This document shows positions 16,911 through 22,644 of a stretch of 22,644 nucleotides of DNA, piece after piece (the first letter of the stretch is position 1; each line of letters begins with the position of its first letter). Under the pieces are notes generated by a model. It ran no database searches and was not told the DNA's origin. It saw only the letters and a list, made by a program, of their open reading frames with translations. This DNA comes from an uncultured Candidatus Sumerlaeota bacterium (GTDB lineage: Bacteria > CAYMEV01), in the NCBI GenBank assembly GCA_964389675.1, contig CAYMEV010000016.1, positions 62,001-84,644 of the forward strand. The letters run 5' to 3'. Made by a program: the position numbers and the translations under genes.

Positions 16911-17846
16911 TTAAATAGAAAATTGAGATAAGGAGGTATTCCAAATGACTGAATAGATGGCTTTTGATATGATTTCAGATGAGTCAATGATCTCGAGCTT
17001 TTCTCGAATCTCAAGGTCAGGGTTGAATATGGAATCAGTAATAAATATCTTTTCAATATTGGAATATAATATCTTATCTATATTCTCAGTCCCAATAAGG
17101 GAATGGGTAACTAATGCATAAACCTTTGAAGCACCTGCCTGCTTGAGTTTCTCTGAAACCACCGCAACAGTTCTTCCGCTGTCAATAATATCATCAATGA
17201 TGACAGCATCCTTCCCCTTAATGTCACTGGAAACCGTGTCCAGGCTGTCTGCTCCCTGATGTTCAATCCTTTTATCACTAAGTATATAAGGCTTCTTCAT
17301 ATATTCTGAAAATAAAAATGCCCTGTGAAAGCCTCTTGGATCAGGCGCAACGACCACATAATCATCAAGGGAGAGCTTGTCAAGTACCGTTTTAAATAAC
17401 GGGAAAGGGCTCAGATTATCAACAGGAATATTGTAAAAACCCTGAATTTCAGGAATATGAAGATCAAGGGTTATTAGCCTAACCACACCTGAAAACTGTA
17501 TCAGGTCAGCAAGCAGCCTTGATGATATTGGTACTCTCTGCTTGGTTTTATATGTCTGTTTACTATAGGCAAGGTAGGGTATAACAGCAATAACACTTCT
17601 TGCAGATGCTCTCTTAAACATATCAACTGCAAGCAGGAATTCCATAATTGAGTCATTGACAGGGCTGTAGAAGGATTGTATAAGAAAAACGTTCTTGCCC
17701 CTTACGCTGATTGGACAGTGCACAAATATCTCACCATCCCGGAACCTGGCAATTTCAAGAGGAGAAAGCTTTGTGTTAAGCCTTTTTGTGATCTTCTGGG
17801 CGAGGCCTATACTGTTATTACATGAAAATATTAAGGTATTTTTCAT
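16911..17846 (-). CDS. prs: Ribose-phosphate pyrophosphokinase (class I-like, divergent active-site motifs)
   Basis: Motifs are RFRDGEI, SVRGKNVFLIQS, VNDSIMEFLL, AVIPY, TLDLH..EIQGFYNIPVDNL, VVAPD, IIDDIIDSGRT and ITDSI. It lies in the tRNA-Gln/rplY context. Confidence 0.93.
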   Translation of the reverse strand: MKNTLIFSCNNSIGLAQKITKRLNTKLSPLEIARFRDGEIFVHCPISVRGKNVFLIQSFYSPVNDSIMEFLLAVDMFKRASARSVIAVIPYLAYSKQTYKTKQRVPISSRLLADLIQFSGVVRLITLDLHIPEIQGFYNIPVDNLSPFPLFKTVLDKLSLDDYVVVAPDPRGFHRAFLFSEYMKKPYILSDKRIEHQGADSLDTVSSDIKGKDAVIIDDIIDSGRTVAVVSEKLKQAGASKVYALVTHSLIGTENIDKILYSNIEKIFITDSIFNPDLEIREKLEIIDSSEIISKAIYSVIWNTSLSQFSI

Positions 17847-17858
17847 TTCACGATTAAG

Positions 17859-17930
17859 CTGGGGCGGAAGGATTCGAACCTTCGAATACAGGTACCAAAA
17901 ACCTGTGTCTTACCACTTGACGACGCCCCA
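17859..17930 (-). tRNA. trnQ: tRNA-Gln(UUG), CCA not encoded
   Basis: The - strand reads TGGGGCG TC GTC AAGTGGTAA GAC A CAGGT TTTTGGT ACCTG TATTC GAAGG TTCGAAT CCTTC CGCCCCA G. All stems pair, the anticodon is TTG, the discriminator is G, and the next bases are CTT. Confidence 0.97.
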
Positions 17931-17944
17931 TTTATATAGAAAGC

Positions 17945-18253
17945 CTATAAGCTTTCCGGGTCTTCACTGCTGACTTGGGGTTGGTCCTCTTCATCCATCT
18001 TAGCAATTTCAATATTATATTGATCAAGAACAGCTGTCTCGATCAATCGTCTTGTTTCATTGTTAAGGGGGTGAGCAATGTCCTTGTAGGATCCATCTTT
18101 CCTCTTTTTACTGGGCATCGCTACAAATAATCCATTATTACCGTTGATAATCTTAAGGTCCCTGATAATAAAAGCATTGTCAAAGGTAATAGTAGCGAAA
18201 GCCTTTAGCCTGTTCTCATTGATAGGAAAAACTCTAACTTCTGTGATTTCCAT
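17945..18253 (-). CDS. spoVG: SpoVG nucleic-acid-binding protein
   Basis: The sequence MEITEVRV...LKAFATITFDNAFIIRDLKIINGNNGLFVAMPSKKRKDGSYKDIAHPLN is diagnostic. The start is corrected to ATG 18253 behind GGTGGAGG. Confidence 0.96.
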   Translation of the reverse strand: MEITEVRVFPINENRLKAFATITFDNAFIIRDLKIINGNNGLFVAMPSKKRKDGSYKDIAHPLNNETRRLIETAVLDQYNIEIAKMDEEDQPQVSSEDPESL

Positions 18254-18287
18254 TAACCTCCACCATCCTAAGTGTTGTATTTTTCCT

Positions 18288-19196
18288 CTAAATAAAAGAG
18301 GTTGAACCAATATTTACCATAGTAATAAATTTTGTCAAGACAGTTTTTTCTATTAAATTTTTCGGTAAAGAATCAATTATTGCCCCGTTATCAACTGTCT
18401 TATCAGGGTTTATTAGAATAAATAGTGAAGATCCTGATCCGGTAAGCATTGTACAATTCTTATATTCGCTGGGTATTGATTCCATGATAAGATTCAGCGG
18501 TTCTGAAACATGTAATGCCGGCTTCTGCAGATCGTTTGCCATCCAATTGCAGATATCAGCATAGCTGTACTTCTTCATGCTGATAATCTCATCCCTTAAA
18601 TGATTTTCAAAATAGTCTAGATCAGGACATGAGCCGGTCAGCTGATCATATTCCTTATATACAAGGGCTGTGCTTAAGCCGCTCTTGGGCTTTATTACCA
18701 GGCAATTGCAGTTAATGCTTCCTTCCACGGGCAGTACCGTCTCTCCGAAACCCTTAACAAAAGCGAATCCCCCGGATAAGAAAAATGGTGTATCATAACC
18801 GCATGTTTCTGCAATAGCCTTTAAAGCCCTATCATCAAGCTTTTTCCCATACAGCCCTGTAAGGTATCTGATAACTGAAGCAGCATTAGAACTACCCCCA
18901 CCAAGGCCTGCGCTGTGTGGTATCCTTTTTTCCAGCAATATGCTTATTTTGGGCAATTCTCCATCCAGGAAATAATCAGAGAAAAATTTCACACCCCTGT
19001 TTACAAGATTGGATTCATCAGAGGGTATAGCCTTGTTGCTGCAGGCAAATGAATATTTTTCGCTTTCTGTTATGGTTATCTCATCAAAGAATGCAATTGT
19101 ATGCATCAGGGATATTATTTTATGAAACCCGTTTTTCTTAGGGCCTACTCTTAGATACAGATTAAGTTTTGCAGGGGAATGCAGTCTTACTTCCAT
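18288..19196 (-). CDS. ispE: 4-diphosphocytidyl-2-C-methyl-D-erythritol kinase
   Basis: Motifs are PAKLNLYL, the GHMP loop KRIPHSAGLGGGSSNAA, GYDTPFF, NDLQ and MLTGSGS. Confidence 0.95.
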   Translation of the reverse strand: MEVRLHSPAKLNLYLRVGPKKNGFHKIISLMHTIAFFDEITITESEKYSFACSNKAIPSDESNLVNRGVKFFSDYFLDGELPKISILLEKRIPHSAGLGGGSSNAASVIRYLTGLYGKKLDDRALKAIAETCGYDTPFFLSGGFAFVKGFGETVLPVEGSINCNCLVIKPKSGLSTALVYKEYDQLTGSCPDLDYFENHLRDEIISMKKYSYADICNWMANDLQKPALHVSEPLNLIMESIPSEYKNCTMLTGSGSSLFILINPDKTVDNGAIIDSLPKNLIEKTVLTKFITMVNIGSTSFI

Positions 19197-19867
19197 ATGA
19201 AAAGCTCCTCTTTAAGTTCCAGGTTAATACTGTATGATTCTATGTCATATTCCAGTCTGCCATTCTTAAAAATTACAGACCTGCTTCTGAAAAACAGGCA
19301 GTCACCTATCTTTTCAGGATTGCTGGCACTGAAGACCAGCTCATCTGTATCAGTTTTTCTTTTAATTATATACCCATTACCATTGTTGTTAAACACCGAT
19401 ATGCAAATGTTTTTGCGGGCAAAATCCTCAAAAAGGAATCTTGCAGGGTAGCTATCCTTTAGATAATAATCATAACCGGTAAAAAGAAAACCTGGATGCA
19501 TGGCAAATATGTCAGTATCAAACAGATAATATTTATCGATTCCCTTCCTGTAGATATCTGTGGAATTTTCTCTCCTGTTTTCCACATGTATGATGTCTTT
19601 ATCATAAATGATTATAATTTCAGCAAACCCGAGTGTATTCAATATCTCCATTCGCACTCTGGTATCCTTTGAATAAACAACTGCTTCAAACCTCTGCTTT
19701 TCCTTGCCATCAAAAAATGCACCTTTTATAAGGAAAACATAGCTTTCCGGAAAAATAAGGTCATGGCATATTCTTTGAAAATGGTAATTTTTTTTATATG
19801 CACAGCTGAATGAAAACAGAAGAAATAATAAGATAATAAGGCTCCGCTTAATTCTTTTACTTATCAT
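19187..19867 (-). CDS. Lipoprotein, LolB-like (positional and motif-level homolog)
   Basis: The lipobox is FSFS-C and the protein is beta-rich. The segment KGAF...RVRMEILNTLG resembles E. coli LolB RGAF...RYRLLLTNPLG as I recall it. It occupies the lolB position between the TPR gene and ispE, overlapping both. Confidence 0.55.
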   Translation of the reverse strand: MISKRIKRSLIILLFLLFSFSCAYKKNYHFQRICHDLIFPESYVFLIKGAFFDGKEKQRFEAVVYSKDTRVRMEILNTLGFAEIIIIYDKDIIHVENRRENSTDIYRKGIDKYYLFDTDIFAMHPGFLFTGYDYYLKDSYPARFLFEDFARKNICISVFNNNGNGYIIKRKTDTDELVFSASNPEKIGDCLFFRSRSVIFKNGRLEYDIESYSINLELKEELFIWK

Positions 19868-21861
19868 AATCCGCTGCTTAGCTTTTCAATAAATGCATTT
19901 ATCCTTTCAATATCTTCTTTATCAGCATATTGCCCGGCAGATTTCTTAAAATATTCCAGAGCCTTATCATAATCCCCGTTTTTTTGATAGATCAGACCCA
20001 GGTGCTCAGATATTTCAGGATCTGATGAAGATATTTCACATGCCCTTAAAAGATAATGCAGAGCTTTATCAAACTGATTATTATTATAGTGATACCAGCC
20101 TAATGAATCCAGAAATGCAGGATTTAAGGGCTCAATCTTAACAGCATAGGTCAGCAGATCATATGCAGTGTCCATATTCCTTCCTTCCAGAACATAGCTG
20201 TATCCCAGGCTATTGCAGATATCTGGAGAATATGGATTTTTTTGATTAAGCCCTTCAAGTATTTCAATGCTTTTATCAATAGCATCCACCTGAAAGCAGT
20301 AACCACTGTAAGAAAAAAGGACATCCCTGTCATCAGGATAAACATCAAGCGCTTCTTTAAAAACGCTTTCAGCAGCCTCATATTCTTTCAGCCTCATAAG
20401 ATAATCTGCTGAAATTAAATAATCCTGGACTTCATTGAAATTATCCAGATACAGGTCAGCTATCCAGGTTTTATCAACTGTTTCACCTGCCCTGATATAT
20501 AAGCTGAATCCAAGCATATATGCCTGCTTCAGGTTTTTATTCTCCTTTATCATCTTTTCATAGCTGATAATAGCCTCTTTTATATCATTATTCTTAAGAA
20601 GCATTTCAATATAAAGTGCCCAGAGCTTAAACTCCCTCGGTTGCCGGTCACTTAGGATCTGATTAAGCACTTCTATGGCCGTCTTCTTTGATCTGAGATG
20701 AAATATTGCATTTATAAGCTCAATAAAAATATCATCTGATTGAGGATTCTCATCATGAAGATTTTCAAGCAGGGAAAGTGCCTCCTGCTCTTTTTTCTCC
20801 AGCACAAGCAGTTCATAGAGCATCATCTGATAATCCACTGCGGGGAAAATGTCCTTGTACTCATTTAGGAGATTCTTTGCTGAATTATACTGTCCGGTCT
20901 TGATATAAGAATTATAAAGAAGCATCAGCAGGTTCATATCACATTCCTCAATGCTTATCAGGCCTCTTGCTGACTTAATAATTCCATAATAGTCACTGCT
21001 GAGGAAACGGGCATAATTAAGCCTCCTGTAATAGTTAAGATCCCTTTCCTCTTCTGGTACAGCTTCATACAGGCCAATTATATAAGGCAGATATTCCTTA
21101 ACATTATTTGCAAGTACATATGAAATAAATGCCTCGGTAAAATAATCCCTGTTCTGGCCATTATCGATCATAATTTTATAAAACAGAGCTATATCTATAT
21201 TGAGCTTTTGCGTTTTTGAGACATTTTCAAGAGCTTTCAGGGAATAGCTGTAGTAAGGGTGGAGTTCTATTGATTTCATATAATAATATGCTGCAGCAGA
21301 ATACTCCTTATCCATTTCGAAAAGATTTCCTATCAGGTAATAGATTAATTCATCCTGCGGCTTATTTGATTCAATATGTTCTGCATAATGCATTAAATGA
21401 TCCTTTGCTTCATCTTTCCGCCCATGGAAGAACATAAGCCTTCCAGCCTGGGCATAGTATTCAAGCCTGTCACACCTGATCTCAATAAGCTTCCTGTATG
21501 TATCAATAGCCTTTTCATAGTGATCGCTGCTTATAAGCAGACCGCCGTATGTTTCCAGGGCTTCCGTATTATCTGGATACCTTGACAGGAAATCCTCGGC
21601 AAGTTTCAATGCTCTTTCTTCGTCCTTGCAGATCTTTATTATATGCAGATAAGGGACAAACAAATCATCCCTTAAATCAATAATTTCCTCAAGATAACTG
21701 ATGCTTTCTTTGTATTTCCCCTCTGCTTCACTTTGAACAGCATTTACAAATTTTTCGATAATCCTGCTCTCTTCTTTGAAATCAGGTTTTTCTGCTCCCG
21801 AAACCAGAAAGACGCCTGACATTAGGACCATTAACAATATATAAAGCCTGTTCATGCACAT
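19864..21861 (-). CDS. Exported multi-TPR protein (PA4667/LbcA-like C-terminal module)
   Basis: It has a signal peptide and many TPRs. The C-terminal NSLGYSY...AFLDSLGWYHY...DPEISEHLG pattern is typical of the TPR gene found upstream of lolB-ispE. The start may be ATG 21855. Confidence 0.85.
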   Translation of the reverse strand: MCMNRLYILLMVLMSGVFLVSGAEKPDFKEESRIIEKFVNAVQSEAEGKYKESISYLEEIIDLRDDLFVPYLHIIKICKDEERALKLAEDFLSRYPDNTEALETYGGLLISSDHYEKAIDTYRKLIEIRCDRLEYYAQAGRLMFFHGRKDEAKDHLMHYAEHIESNKPQDELIYYLIGNLFEMDKEYSAAAYYYMKSIELHPYYSYSLKALENVSKTQKLNIDIALFYKIMIDNGQNRDYFTEAFISYVLANNVKEYLPYIIGLYEAVPEEERDLNYYRRLNYARFLSSDYYGIIKSARGLISIEECDMNLLMLLYNSYIKTGQYNSAKNLLNEYKDIFPAVDYQMMLYELLVLEKKEQEALSLLENLHDENPQSDDIFIELINAIFHLRSKKTAIEVLNQILSDRQPREFKLWALYIEMLLKNNDIKEAIISYEKMIKENKNLKQAYMLGFSLYIRAGETVDKTWIADLYLDNFNEVQDYLISADYLMRLKEYEAAESVFKEALDVYPDDRDVLFSYSGYCFQVDAIDKSIEILEGLNQKNPYSPDICNSLGYSYVLEGRNMDTAYDLLTYAVKIEPLNPAFLDSLGWYHYNNNQFDKALHYLLRACEISSSDPEISEHLGLIYQKNGDYDKALEYFKKSAGQYADKEDIERINAFIEKLSSGL

Positions 21862-21899
21862 TTGTTTTTTATTTGATTATAACCTCTTATTAGAGTAAT

Positions 21900-22538
21900 A
21901 TGTTCCCCATTATATTAATTATGCCGGACATAAACAAGATTTTTATTTCTGATGGTTCCCTTTACCTTCATGAATCTGCCTCAGATAAGGTATATACTTA
22001 CAGTTTTTCAGATATTGAAAATGTCGACATATCTCTTTCAAAAGCAGAGGACAGGGAGATAAAATGCCTGATGGAATTCAGGGATATGAAATTCCTGTTT
22101 CCAATAAATATCACAATAAATTATAGAGATTTCCTGGAGATCCTGGATTATTCATGCATCGTAAATTTCAAGGAATTCCTTTTTTATCTGGAAAGGAATA
22201 CAGATAAACACATACTCAGCAACAGTGTTTCAGAATGGATCAGGTTCAGCAAGCCGATACCTAAAGAAGATCAGTATCCTGATAACAATGAATTCAGGCT
22301 TTCCGTGGCAAAGCTTGCTTTAATGACCATGGACAGAAGGCTTAACAGAAGATTATACAAAAGCCGTGTAGAGGTATTTTTATACATCTCTTTTGGGATG
22401 CTTTTTGTAATATTAGGTTTCATAATGGGTTATAATCAGTATATTAAAGACAGGTTCCCCTTTCTTTTCGCCTTTTGTATTATTGGAGCAGGCCTGATAA
22501 TATTTTCTTTCATCCCAAAAAAACCAAGACAATATTAA
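21900..22538 (+). CDS. Hypothetical protein with two C-terminal transmembrane helices
   Basis: This is a 212-aa ORF with no competing ORF. Hydrophobic segments VFLYISFGMLFVILGFIMGY and FPFLFAFCIIGAGLIIFSFI are followed by the basic tail PKKPR. The start could be ATG 21921. Confidence 0.7.
   Translation: MFPIILIMPDINKIFISDGSLYLHESASDKVYTYSFSDIENVDISLSKAEDREIKCLMEFRDMKFLFPINITINYRDFLEILDYSCIVNFKEFLFYLERNTDKHILSNSVSEWIRFSKPIPKEDQYPDNNEFRLSVAKLALMTMDRRLNRRLYKSRVEVFLYISFGMLFVILGFIMGYNQYIKDRFPFLFAFCIIGAGLIIFSFIPKKPRQY
21909..21937 (-). promoter_or_regulatory. Candidate sigma70-type promoter for the long - strand operon
   Basis: The - strand has TTGTTT (21937-21932), a 17-nt spacer, then TATAAT (21914-21909). 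A second TATAAT is at 21881-21876. AT-richness lowers the specificity of this match. Confidence 0.35.
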
Positions 22539-22597
22539 ATTGACAATATTGCTTATTATTATAAATGTAATTAAAAATTTATGGTTAAGGAAATTTT

Positions 22598-22644
22598 ATG
22601 AGACTTCTGGTTAATTTGAAGAATCTCCATCAGCACCGGAACCT
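22598..22644 (+). CDS. Start of an ORF running off the window (MRLLVNLKNLHQHRN...)
   Basis: ATG 22598 is preceded by TAAGGA (22586-22591) and the frame is open to the window end. It is too short to identify. Confidence 0.45.
   Translation, partial: MRLLVNLKNLHQHRN

Noticed and set aside
16835..17056. 74-aa N-terminal extension of L25 in the ORF track
   Set aside because: It overlaps prs in another frame and crosses AT-rich intergenic DNA. A perfect AGGAGG precedes ATG 16834, where L25 homology begins.
17847..17870. tRNA as an integration site for a mobile element
   Set aside because: There is no integrase and no duplicated tRNA 3' end, and prs follows immediately.
17695..17973. 92-aa + strand ORF spanning the prs start and the tRNA
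   Set aside because: It is the antisense read-through of tRNA-Gln (WGGRIRT is a typical tRNA shadow translation).
18254..18310. N-terminal extension of SpoVG
   Set aside because: Homology starts at MEITEVR, which has its own SD, and the extension overlaps ispE.
1..22644. Alternative genetic code, CRISPR array, or tandem repeats
   Set aside because: TAA, TAG and TGA all end genes at plausible positions with no interrupted conserved genes, and I saw no regularly spaced repeats.
22598..22644. Faint resemblance of MRLLVN to the PdxJ N-terminus
   Set aside because: Only 15 codons are visible and the NIDHVATLR motif is not matched.

Overview
This is an AT-rich core-genome window from a diderm bacterium, probably a deep-branching or candidate lineage (inferred from gene content and divergent proteins). 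The + strand block on the left is the origin-type cluster yidC (5'-truncated)-jag/eloR-mnmE-mnmG. It continues into an ABC-2-type permease with no adjacent ATPase and a TolC-family protein, rather than rsmG-parA-parB. Converging on it from the - strand is a tight three-gene envelope operon: a small TPR lipoprotein, a CsgG/LpoB-like lipoprotein, and a 935-aa fusion of a gluzincin peptidase, a PD40 propeller and an Omp85 barrel with no POTRA domains. This operon is the best candidate for an uncharacterised system. Further right is a long - strand housekeeping run: TPR protein, LolB-like lipoprotein, ispE, spoVG, tRNA-Gln(UUG), prs, rplY, pth, hppA (K+-dependent, probably Na+-pumping), rpsF, ssb, rpsR. 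A divergent hypothetical membrane protein and the start of one more ORF close the window. Several core proteins have altered signature residues: Prs, the SSB C-terminal tip, the Jag R3H domain, and Pth. No mobile elements, CRISPR arrays or rRNA were seen.
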